From assembly GCA_965230185.1 (NCBI GenBank), contig OZ245995.1:1849583-1913582 (forward strand): 64,000 nt of DNA, in the 5' to 3' direction. Below are positions 16,096 through 24,248 of the stretch, piece after piece (positions within the stretch are counted from its first letter, which is position 1; every line of letters begins with the position of its first letter). A program made the position numbers and the translations under genes. The stretch is from Motiliproteus sp. (GTDB lineage: Bacteria; Pseudomonadota; Gammaproteobacteria; Pseudomonadales; Balneatricaceae). The notes under the pieces are model-generated. The model did not search any database. It was given only the letters and a program-made list of their open reading frames with translations, and had not been told where the DNA came from.

Positions 16096-18387
16096 GTGGT
16101 CGTTTTTAAGATCCTTAACAAGGTTACTGGTCAGAACTATGTGGGTTCCTGCCGGGGTGATATTTATGAGCGCTGGGAGCTCTATGCCCGGGCTGCTGAA
16201 GCCGGACTGGATTTTCCCATGTATCGGGAAATCCGTGAGCTGGGCGAAGAGCAGTTCTCCATCGTCGAGCTGGATTTCACGGAAGATCGGGAAGAGCTGA
16301 AGGAGATAGAGCTGCTCCATACCATCGAACTGAAGGCGCGTTCGCTGCGGGCGTATAAATTCGGAGTCAAGGATACGGTGGTCAAGCGTTGTACCAAGAC
16401 CGAACTGGACCAGGCCTGGATGAAGGAACTGTCCCAGCAGGTGCTTGAGGAACGTAATACCGAACTCGGCGTGAAGACACGCCTGCCGGCATCCGCAGAG
16501 GAAACATCGGAAGAGATCGCAGACAACAGTGGCAGGGTGAAAAGCGAAACGACCAGAGCAGACCAGAAATCCGCTGCCGCTGCGATTTCCCGGCTCAGGG
16601 CTATGTCGAAATCGACGACCGGCCGCAGTCCGGCCAGCCCGGATACCGCAGGGGAGGCCGGGCAGTCACCGGCTGCATTGTCCGCTGCCGCGACAGCACT
16701 ACTGAAGAAATCGCTGGGTGGTTCCGAATCTGTGAATTCGGCCGGAATTGGCAAGCAGGCACGGCAGGGGGAGTCGAAACCGGAGGATACACCGCTACGG
16801 ACTCCGGCTTCGGCCGACACGCTGTCGAAGCTGGCTGCACTGAAAGCGAAAGCCCAGGCGGAAAAAGCGAAGGCTGCGAAAGCCCAGAGAGTCGCGGAAG
16901 CACAGAAGGCCGCAGAAGCCCAGGAGGCAGCGGAAGCCCAGAGAGTCGCGGAAGTACAGAAGGCCGCAGAAGCCCTGGAGGCAGCGGAAGCCCAGAGAGT
17001 CGCAGAAGCGCAGCGGGCTGCGGAAGCACGTCGGGCCGCGGAAGAAACTGAGAACAGAAAAGCAGTCGGGAACAATGCAATGTCGGCCTCCCGTTCACCG
17101 GCGACTCCCGCATCCGTCGTCAGAGCCCCGTCTGCAGTGATCAGCCAGGTCAGCCCCGCTACTCAGGTTGCAGATGCCGAAACCGAACAGGAGCTGGAGA
17201 AAGCGATACTGGCAGAAGGCATCGGTTTGCTGGTGAAGACCCTGGGCAGTGCCGACAGGCTGACCCGCTTTCGCCGGCAGATCAGCGACCAGAGTCAGGC
17301 GGTAGCCCGGGCGCTGACCGAATCGGAGCAGGCGATCAGTCAGTTACAGAAACAACAGCAGCTGGCTGCCGAGCGGGCTCGTCAGGCGGTGGCTGCAGCA
17401 GAGGCGGCAGAGGCCGCTAACAGTGCTCTCAGTGAGGCTCACCAGCGCGCCCGTCGCTGTTCGGAAACGGTGCTTGAAGCGTTGCAGGAGAGCGCCGGAA
17501 CAGCAACTGAAGTCGAACAGCTGCAGGATGATCTTGTCTCGCTTCTCGACCGCCTGCGCGGCAGCACCGGCGGTACCGGTGACAAGCGGGCTGCAACGTC
17601 CGTGGCGGCCCACAGTCCGGGCTCAGATACGCAGCCGGAGGTTATCCCCTCTGCCAGTCGTTCTGTCAGCACGGCGACCGGGACTGTCGCCGAAGCGGAG
17701 TGCCAGACGCTGACAGAGACCACGGATAGCGTTGCTGTCGATACTTCCATCAGCCATCCTGAAATTAAAGAGGCAACAGCAGAGCCTGTTGAATCGGTTC
17801 CGGTTACTGAAAAACCGGAAGCGGATCTCATTACAGAGGCTGATAGCAACTCCGGAAACTCTCAGCCATCGTCTGGGGTTGTTATCGACCCTGTGGCAGA
17901 GGCTTCACCTGTTCAGTCATCGGTGGTTGAAACGTCTGCCGACGTGCCCGAGGGTATCGAGATGGTAAACCGGCTGAAGCAGCTGGGACAACTCTTGCAG
18001 CAGGAGTCCACACAGGTGCCGGAATCGGACCGGGCTGAATTGACAGCGCAGCCCGGCGCCGCCTCTGAGAGTGTTGTTGTGGTAAGCGAAGATTCTGACG
18101 AAGGCTCGGACCAGAATTCCGGGGAGCCGGAAAGTACGGTGTCAGCCGGCGCCCGTGCCTGGGTGGCACCGCTGGAGGAAGGACAGAACAGCGCTCGGGT
18201 CGTCGCCAGTGCCGCAGCGGCTAAGGTGGTGCGCCGTCGCTCCAGACAGGTTTCACTGAACGACAGCGGCGGTCGCCAGGTTCTCAATCCTCAGAATACT
18301 GTGGATGGTGGTTCTGTTTCGGCTGCGTTGTCCGTTACCGGGCGCCCGGTGCTGAGCCGGAAAAAACTGAGCATTCGAAGCCGCTGA
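16096..18387 (+). CDS. Protein with a GIY-YIG-like N-terminal domain and a ~650-aa low-complexity Ala/Glu/Gln/Ser-rich tail
   Basis: This 763-aa ORF starts at GTG. Its N-terminus, VFKILNKVTGQNYVGS...YERW...MYREIRELGEEQFSIVELDF...EIELLH, matches GIY-YIG spacing (about 10 aa between the GIY-like and YIG elements). Residues ~250-320 are imperfect AEAQ(K/R)(A/V)AEAQ repeats, seen as roughly 60-bp DNA repeats at 16860-17040. Confidence 0.65.
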   Translation: MVVFKILNKVTGQNYVGSCRGDIYERWELYARAAEAGLDFPMYREIRELGEEQFSIVELDFTEDREELKEIELLHTIELKARSLRAYKFGVKDTVVKRCTKTELDQAWMKELSQQVLEERNTELGVKTRLPASAEETSEEIADNSGRVKSETTRADQKSAAAAISRLRAMSKSTTGRSPASPDTAGEAGQSPAALSAAATALLKKSLGGSESVNSAGIGKQARQGESKPEDTPLRTPASADTLSKLAALKAKAQAEKAKAAKAQRVAEAQKAAEAQEAAEAQRVAEVQKAAEALEAAEAQRVAEAQRAAEARRAAEETENRKAVGNNAMSASRSPATPASVVRAPSAVISQVSPATQVADAETEQELEKAILAEGIGLLVKTLGSADRLTRFRRQISDQSQAVARALTESEQAISQLQKQQQLAAERARQAVAAAEAAEAANSALSEAHQRARRCSETVLEALQESAGTATEVEQLQDDLVSLLDRLRGSTGGTGDKRAATSVAAHSPGSDTQPEVIPSASRSVSTATGTVAEAECQTLTETTDSVAVDTSISHPEIKEATAEPVESVPVTEKPEADLITEADSNSGNSQPSSGVVIDPVAEASPVQSSVVETSADVPEGIEMVNRLKQLGQLLQQESTQVPESDRAELTAQPGAASESVVVVSEDSDEGSDQNSGEPESTVSAGARAWVAPLEEGQNSARVVASAAAAKVVRRRSRQVSLNDSGGRQVLNPQNTVDGGSVSAALSVTGRPVLSRKKLSIRSR

Positions 18388-18457
18388 GGGGCGGCTTTCC
18401 CCTGGCCCGCCACTTCAGATCCTGATCGGCCAGAGGCAATCGGGCCGGGATGAGCCG

Positions 18458-18500
18458 GGCAGACCACCAGGTTGTCAGAATCTGATGGCCTGCCTTTTTT
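18458..18500 (+). terminator. Putative rho-independent terminator after the GIY-YIG-like gene
   Basis: The imperfect stem GGCAGACCA ... TGGCCTGCC is followed by TTTTTT. Confidence 0.5.
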
Positions 18501-18666
18501 GCTTGTGTCTTATTTATGCAAACACAATCAGACTTGTTGTTTGCTTTGTGGCAACAAAGAGTTTTCAAAAAAATCAGATAGGAATCATGCCTGGTTCGCT
18601 GTGATTCAATTTAATGGCTTTACTTAACAAGTAGTTAGGTTTTATTTCCAGCTTCTGAAAATAAGC

Positions 18667-18682
18667 TGGCATGGTCGCTGCA
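18667..18682 (+). promoter_or_regulatory. Sigma-54 (-24/-12) promoter, peptide gene copy A
   Basis: TGGCATGGTCGCTGCA compares with the consensus TGGCAC-N5-TTGCW. The GG and GC elements are spaced correctly, and the element lies 54 nt upstream of the ATG. Confidence 0.65.
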
Positions 18683-18735
18683 ATATCCTGAGTGTCTTCA
18701 ACAGACTGCCTTCACAAAGAACCAGGAGTAAGATT

Positions 18736-18996
18736 ATGACCGCAGCCGTCCCCATGAAACAGCCGATGACCCTGATCGATCTGCCGATCAATAAGGAACT
18801 GGACCAGAGTGCCATGAAGCAGCTGGCCGGTGGTCACACCGCCGGAACCACGGTGAGTTATTCCTACTACACCACCATCCAGACCCAGTCGATCGGTTTC
18901 CTTAAGCGTCACCGTCGTAAGTACCACCACACTCGCAGAACCGTTCAGCGCTGGCACACTTACGGTCGTTGGGGCCGCTGGCACTTCCACCTGTAA
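18736..18996 (+). CDS. 86-aa double-glycine-leader cationic peptide precursor, copy A
   Basis: An AGGAG Shine-Dalgarno site lies 7 nt upstream and a terminator lies downstream. The protein is identical in all 4 copies, and every inter-copy nucleotide difference is synonymous. The leader is ...INKELDQSAMKQLAGG and the 53-aa core has no Asp, Glu or Cys. Confidence 0.85.
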   Translation: MTAAVPMKQPMTLIDLPINKELDQSAMKQLAGGHTAGTTVSYSYYTTIQTQSIGFLKRHRRKYHHTRRTVQRWHTYGRWGRWHFHL

Positions 18997-19045
18997 CTGA
19001 CAGGTAGCGCAGGCAGTAAGCTCTGAGAGCGATCTGCACTGACAG

Positions 19046-19069
19046 AAAAGGGGCTTCGGCCCCTTTTTT
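19046..19069 (+). terminator. Intrinsic terminator of copy A
   Basis: GGGGC-TTCG-GCCCC followed by TTTTTT. Confidence 0.85.
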
Positions 19070-19572
19070 GATATCCCCACCGCTGATCCGATCTCCTCCT
19101 GTCGATTATTATCCCTACCCATAATCCGATAACCTGCAGTCGGTTGCTATTCCTGTCGATGTCCCGCTCTGTCAATTCTGAGACAGATCCTCGCCAGTCC
19201 GTCACGATCCTTTTCTTCGAAGCCCGTCAGCGCCTGTTTCGGTATCAGCCGCAAGCTGTGATCCGGGTTGCCGGGACTGTCGCCGTGCGCCGCGCCTGTG
19301 GTGTTTCAGAGTACTTCCTGTCGATCCCTGAAAAAACCGGCTCCGATTCGGCCGTTGTCCGTGGGATCGGAAGTCCAGCGCCTTCTCCGGTGCCGAATGG
19401 CGATATTTTCTGCTGTCTGGTTTTCAGCAACAGTGTCAGAGAAATCGTTGGACGTTTCAGAACATAGCAGTCCGGGTGGTTGTCAGGGGATATCATCAAT
19501 TCGCGGTGGGAGTGATTTTTTTGTCCTACAGAACAACGCTTTATGTGCTTTTTGCTGGTGTCGATAAAAAGC

Positions 19573-19588
19573 TGGCACGGCGGCTGCA
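19573..19588 (+). promoter_or_regulatory. Sigma-54 (-24/-12) promoter, copy B
   Basis: TGGCACGGCGGCTGCA matches 15 of the 16 positions of TGGCACG-N4-TTGCW, counting the four N positions. Confidence 0.7.
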
Positions 19589-19641
19589 GTACCTTAAGTG
19601 TCTTCAACAGACTGCCTTCACAAAGAACCAGGAGCAGGATT

Positions 19642-19902
19642 ATGACCGCAGCCGTCCCCATGAAACAGCCGATGACCCTGATCGATCTGCCGATCAATAA
19701 GGAACTGGACCAGAGTGCCATGAAGCAGCTGGCCGGTGGTCACACCGCCGGAACCACAGTGAGTTATTCTTACTACACCACCATTCAGACCCAGTCGATC
19801 GGTTTCCTTAAGCGTCACCGTCGTAAGTACCACCACACTCGCAGAACCGTTCAGCGCTGGCACACTTACGGTCGTTGGGGCCGCTGGCACTTCCACCTGT
19901 AA
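19642..19902 (+). CDS. 86-aa double-glycine-leader cationic peptide precursor, copy B
   Basis: This copy has the same protein as copy A, with three synonymous differences (ACG>ACA, TCC>TCT, ATC>ATT). The ORF-track entry 19543..19902 includes a spurious 5' extension. Confidence 0.85.
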   Translation: MTAAVPMKQPMTLIDLPINKELDQSAMKQLAGGHTAGTTVSYSYYTTIQTQSIGFLKRHRRKYHHTRRTVQRWHTYGRWGRWHFHL

Positions 19903-19951
19903 TTGACAGGTACCGCAGGCAGTAAGCTCTGAGAGCAATCTGCACTGACAG

Positions 19952-19976
19952 AAAAGGGGCTTCGGCCCCTTTTTTT
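19952..19976 (+). terminator. Intrinsic terminator of copy B
   Basis: GGGGC-TTCG-GCCCC followed by TTTTTTT. Confidence 0.85.
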
Positions 19977-20469
19977 GGTTCTTCGCGCATAATAGTGAAA
20001 GTTCCGTAGCCTGCGCTGAGCGGACGTTTGCTTTAGTGATGCTTTGGGAGTTTAAAGCTCGTTTGCAGAGTCAGCTGATGTTTTTTGTTGCGCCCCGCGG
20101 CATTCGAACGTCCTTATTCATCAAAAGTGCACCCCACTTTGCCGCCCTGCGCGGTCCACTGCGTGCGATAGCGAAGCTGGGGGCGTCTGGACAGCGCTTC
20201 CCTACACTGACCATCTGGATCAGCTTACTTGCCTCGCCCCATTCCGGGCCTGATTCCATCCTCGTCACCGTGCTCGCCGGCTACGAGGGGAGAGGTGCCA
20301 AATTCGAACTACGGGAGTTAGTAGGCCCATTTTGTCGGCCTGAAGGCCGACCCACATGTAGCACGATCGTAGGTCGGGCTTCAGCCCGACAAATGGATTC
20401 CAGCTTGTGCCAATCCCGACGTCGGCTTTGCAGCCCAAAGCCGCCAATCCCCTTAAAGCGCGAAGAACC
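19977..20469. mobile_element. 493-bp MITE-like non-autonomous element (copy 1) inserted in the terminator T-tract
   Basis: It has perfect 12-bp terminal inverted repeats, GGTTCTTCGCGC ... GCGCGAAGAACC, flanked by T7 and T6. The empty sites at copies A and D read GGCCCC-TTTTTT-GATATCCCC, and the occupied site resumes with TTTTTT-GTTATCCCC. There is no credible ORF. It contains an inverted REP-like hairpin pair at 20321-20390. Confidence 0.55.
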
Positions 20470-21028
20470 TTTTTTGTTATCCCCATCTATCTTCCGCCCT
20501 CTGTCTGCTAATCCTGAGGCAGACTTCCAGAAGTCCCCAGGTCTCTTTTCCGCAAGCTGCGGACTTCGACTGCTACCACCAGCTGAGATGCCCACCCGGA
20601 TAATGCCGGTTCCTCCGCCCGTTCCTTGGCCCACCGCGCTTACTGCTGAATATTCTCAGCAGCCCCCCCCCCGAGAACCTGTAAACCGATCTGGCAGTTT
20701 CGCTGTCTCTCTAGGCCTCTCTGGGGCGTGAAAATGGCATCGGAGCCACTGAGAAACGCTCCTGCTCCGTTGTTGAGCGCCAGGTCCGGTCCGATTTTTG
20801 GCATGTTTTCCGGAGGGGGTGGAGGTGACAGCGCTGTCGGTTTTTATTCTTTCTGCCAGGTTTCAGGGGTGTTTTGTTTATAGGAACACTGGCATAAAAA
20901 TAGTTAGCTTACTGGGAACATAATTGCTTCGGTAATTGTTCGCAGATATTAAGCATCAGTGAATAATGAAGATTTTTATTTCAAATAAAACAATCGGTTG
21001 TGGTTTTTTTTGACTGTAAGCAGAAAGC

Positions 21029-21044
21029 TGGCACGGCCGCTGCA
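21029..21044 (+). promoter_or_regulatory. Sigma-54 (-24/-12) promoter, copy C
   Basis: The sequence is TGGCACGGCCGCTGCA. Confidence 0.7.
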
Positions 21045-21097
21045 CTACCTTAAGTGTCTTCAACAGACTGCCTTCACAAAGAACCAGGAGTAAGATT

Positions 21098-21358
21098 ATG
21101 ACCGCAGCCGTCCCCATGAAACAGCCAATGACCCTGATCGATCTGCCGATCAATAAGGAACTGGACCAGAGTGCCATGAAGCAGCTGGCCGGTGGTCACA
21201 CCGCCGGAACCACGGTGAGTTATTCCTATTACACCACCATCCAGACCCAGTCGATCGGTTTCCTTAAGCGTCACCGTCGTAAGTATCACCACACTCGCAG
21301 AACCGTTCAGCGCTGGCACACTTACGGTCGTTGGGGCCGCTGGCACTTCCACCTGTAA
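21098..21358 (+). CDS. 86-aa double-glycine-leader cationic peptide precursor, copy C
   Basis: This copy has the same protein, with three synonymous differences from copy A (CCG>CCA and TAC>TAT twice). Confidence 0.85.
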   Translation: MTAAVPMKQPMTLIDLPINKELDQSAMKQLAGGHTAGTTVSYSYYTTIQTQSIGFLKRHRRKYHHTRRTVQRWHTYGRWGRWHFHL

Positions 21359-21407
21359 TTGACAGGTACCGCAGGCAGTAAGCTCTGAGAGCGATCTGCA
21401 CTGACAG

Positions 21408-21432
21408 AAAAGGGGCTTCGGCCCCTTTTTTT
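21408..21432 (+). terminator. Intrinsic terminator of copy C
   Basis: GGGGC-TTCG-GCCCC followed by TTTTTTT. Confidence 0.85.
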
Positions 21433-21925
21433 GGTTCTTCGCGCATAATAGTGAAAGTTCCGTAGCCTGCGCTGAGCGGACGTTTGCTTTAGTGATGCTT
21501 TGGGAGTTTAAAGCTCGTTTGCAGAGTCAGCTGATGTTTTTTGTTGCGCTCCGCGGCATTCGAACGTCCTTGTTCATCGAAAGTGCACCCCACTTTGCCG
21601 CCCTGCGCGGTCCACTGCGTGCGATAACGAGGCTGGGGGCGTCTGGACAGCGCTTCCCTACACTGACCATCTGGCTCGGCTTGCTTGTCTCGCTCCATTC
21701 CGGGCCTGATTCCATCCTCGTCACCGTGCTCGCCGGCTACGAGGGGAGAGGTGCCAAATTCGAACTACGGGAGTTAGTAGGCCCATTTTGTCGGCCTGAA
21801 GGCCGACCCACATGTAGCACGATCGTAGGTCGGGCTTCAGCCCGACAAATGGATTCCAGCTTGTGCCAATCCCGACGTCGGCTTTGCAGCCCAAAGCCGC
21901 CAATCCCCTTAAAGCGCGAAGAACC
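21433..21925. mobile_element. 493-bp MITE-like element (copy 2), same position relative to peptide copy C
   Basis: It has the same 12-bp terminal inverted repeats (21433-21444 and 21914-21925). It differs from copy 1 mainly in a block that corresponds to 20090-20250. Confidence 0.55.
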
Positions 21926-22356
21926 TTTTTTGTTATCCCCATCTATCTTCCGGCCTCTGTCTGCTAATCCTGAGGCAGACTTCCGGAAGTCCCCAGGTCT
22001 CTTTTCCGCAAGCTGCGGACTTCGACTGCTACCACCAGCTGAGATGCCCACCCGGATAATGCCGGTTCCTCCGCCCGTTCCTTGGCCCACCGCGCTTACT
22101 GCTGAATAATCTCAGCCCCCCCGAGAACCTGTAAACCGATCTGGCAGTTTCGCTGTCTCTCTAGGCGTCTCTGGGGCGTGAAAATGGCATCGGAGCCACT
22201 GAGAAGCGCTCCTGCTCCGTTGTTGAGCGCCAGGTCCGGTCCGATTTTTGGCATGTTTTCCGGAGGGGGTGGAGGTGACAGCGCTGTCGGTTTTTATTCT
22301 TTCTGCCAGGTTTCAGGGGTGTTTTGTTTATAGGAACACTGGCATAAAAATAGTTA

Positions 22357-24051
22357 GTGTCCATCCATAAACGGCATCTTTTACGGATGCCCCTTATGGC
22401 AGAGAGGATCAGCTTGATCCTTCTTTGCCTATTTCGTGTCCCATTCACTCCAATCTGATGTCGAAGACAGATTGTAGGCCCCCCTGTCAGCCATTTTTGG
22501 CCATAGCTATTCATCGGTCAGTCGATGACCGGGGAGCTTGCTGCCGTCTCCTCGCTGGTGGGGCGGCTATGTGGCTGGCTGTCGCGAGAGCACGGCCAAG
22601 TTATGCACTACCACCGCAGACCAGACGTACGCCTTAAAATGCTCCAGTCCCTTCCAAGTGCAACGTGCCAAGCCGTAGGACCGCTTGAGGCAGGAGATGC
22701 CGGCTTCGACCCCTGCCCGGAAGTTGCGCAGTTTGCGATACACCCAATCACTCTTCGTCATCTGTGCAACCTTCAGGCCCTTTTTCTTGCTGAACGCCAC
22801 ATCTTTCACACCTTTTTCTTTGGCCAACTGCACATTGACTTTGCTGGCGTAACCGCCATCGGCTGCCATTTGCCGGGGAGCCCGTCCATAGATCTCTATC
22901 TGCCGCTCCAGCAGCGGAATAAAGCGCTCGCTGTCGGCCGGGTTACCGTCCTCGATTACCGCATCGAGAATCAACCCGCTCCGGCCGGTGGCCAAGTTCA
23001 GCTTGTGCCCATATTGAATATCGCGGCTACCTTTGACGATGATATCGCTGTGCTCCTCAAACAGGCTAAAGACCTTCTCTGCGGCGGGCACCTGTTCGCC
23101 TTTTATCACCCGCCGTTCGGCTTGATCGACCACCCGCTCAATCAGCGCCTGGTAGTGTTTGGCCTGCTCCTGCCAACCGGCGAATGCCGCATCATCCAGT
23201 TTCAGTAGGCTTAGCTGCAACCATGCCTTGGCCAGGTAATCGAGACCCTTGCCGGTTACCTTGATCAGATCCCGATACCATCGAACTTTCTTCTCCTTCC
23301 CTCTCGAATACTGGATCTGGTAGGCGCGCTTCTTGGCTACGCGTCGATGGTCATGCCAATCCAGGCGTGTCTCCCCCGCCAACTCTTGGGCTTGTTGCAA
23401 GAGCCGAACCTGAGTGCGGACGGCATCCCATAGCAGGCTACTATCACTCGGGGCATGGATCGGCGTCTCTGTGACGGTGCTATCGACCCGAACTGTGCGC
23501 CCTCGCTCGATCTTTAGCTCTTTCGCATCCTGCAACATCAATCGGTTGATCTGCTCCCAGACTGCATCGCGAATCGCTCCGATCCCCCCCTGGAGAGCAG
23601 ACTTCTTCGGCCGCCAGGTCTGTGGCAAGCGCGCAAAGGCTTGCAATGAAAGCGAGTCCTCCAAGTAAAAGGCCAACTCCTCATAGCTGAGCTGACGGTA
23701 TTGCTTGAGAATGGCACATCGCAGTATCGACTCCGCGGACAACCCCTCTCGCCCGGTGTTTTGGGCGTCCTGCCGGCACAGATCCTCAGCGACCCATTCC
23801 AGTATCTCGGAATGAGCATCCAGCCAATCGGACATCGTCTTTAATTCACGGCCGATCTCGTGATTGGCATACACATCGAATATACTGCTCTGGACAGTGC
23901 GTTTTTGACGCATTGTGGCCTCCGTGGGTTTTGGCTTTTTCTTTTATTTCAATGGGTTGAAACAAAAGATACCATTATCCACGTGAGGCATCACCGCTTA
24001 TCTCTTCATTTTCTCCAATAATATCAGCATATTACGTTTATGGATGGACAC
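22357..24051 (-). mobile_element. IS element (~1.7 kb, DDE transposase of the IS4/IS5 superfamily)
   Basis: It has 17-bp perfect terminal inverted repeats (GTGTCCATCCATAAACG). A direct duplication TAGTTA(G) is present at 22351-22357 and 24052-24058. The uninterrupted target sequence is visible at 20911-20917 in the neighbouring repeat unit. Confidence 0.9.
22567..23913 (-). CDS. IS transposase (DUF772-type N-terminus + DDE_Tnp_1-type catalytic domain; IS5/ISNCY-like)
   Basis: This 448-aa ORF has the motifs LSYEELAFYLEDSLSLQAFARL, VRVDSTVTETPIHAPSDSSLLWD, ADGGYAS and FRAGVEAGISCLKRSYGLARC. Confidence 0.85.
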   Translation of the reverse strand: MRQKRTVQSSIFDVYANHEIGRELKTMSDWLDAHSEILEWVAEDLCRQDAQNTGREGLSAESILRCAILKQYRQLSYEELAFYLEDSLSLQAFARLPQTWRPKKSALQGGIGAIRDAVWEQINRLMLQDAKELKIERGRTVRVDSTVTETPIHAPSDSSLLWDAVRTQVRLLQQAQELAGETRLDWHDHRRVAKKRAYQIQYSRGKEKKVRWYRDLIKVTGKGLDYLAKAWLQLSLLKLDDAAFAGWQEQAKHYQALIERVVDQAERRVIKGEQVPAAEKVFSLFEEHSDIIVKGSRDIQYGHKLNLATGRSGLILDAVIEDGNPADSERFIPLLERQIEIYGRAPRQMAADGGYASKVNVQLAKEKGVKDVAFSKKKGLKVAQMTKSDWVYRKLRNFRAGVEAGISCLKRSYGLARCTWKGLEHFKAYVWSAVVVHNLAVLSRQPAT

Positions 24052-24179
24052 TAGTTAGCTTACTGGGAACATAATTGCTTCGGTAATTGTTCGCAGATAT
24101 TAAGCATCAGTGAATAATGAAGATTTTTATTTCAAATAAAACAATCTGTTGTAGTTTTTTTTGACTGTAAGCAGAAAGC

Positions 24180-24195
24180 TGGCACGGCGGCTGCA
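24180..24195 (+). promoter_or_regulatory. Sigma-54 (-24/-12) promoter, copy D
   Basis: The sequence is TGGCACGGCGGCTGCA. Confidence 0.7.
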
Positions 24196-24248
24196 ATACC
24201 TTAAGTGTCTTCAACAGACTGCCTTCACAAAGAACCAGGAGCAAGATT

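Noticed and set aside
20885-20905. A second sigma-54-like word (CTGGCATAAAAATAGTT) in the spacer upstream of copies C and D.
   Set aside because: The -24 GG is present, but there is no GC at the -12 position (TAGT). It is not conserved upstream of copies A or B.
20036-22109. ORFs of 231 and 205 aa (and antisense 117/73/65-aa ORFs) in the 1.1-kb spacers, considered as possible immunity or accessory genes.
   Set aside because: The two spacer copies differ by many non-synonymous changes and by indels in every frame. The ORFs cross the MITE-like terminal repeat and REP hairpins. They have low-complexity Pro/Arg/Ser-rich composition and no Shine-Dalgarno site.
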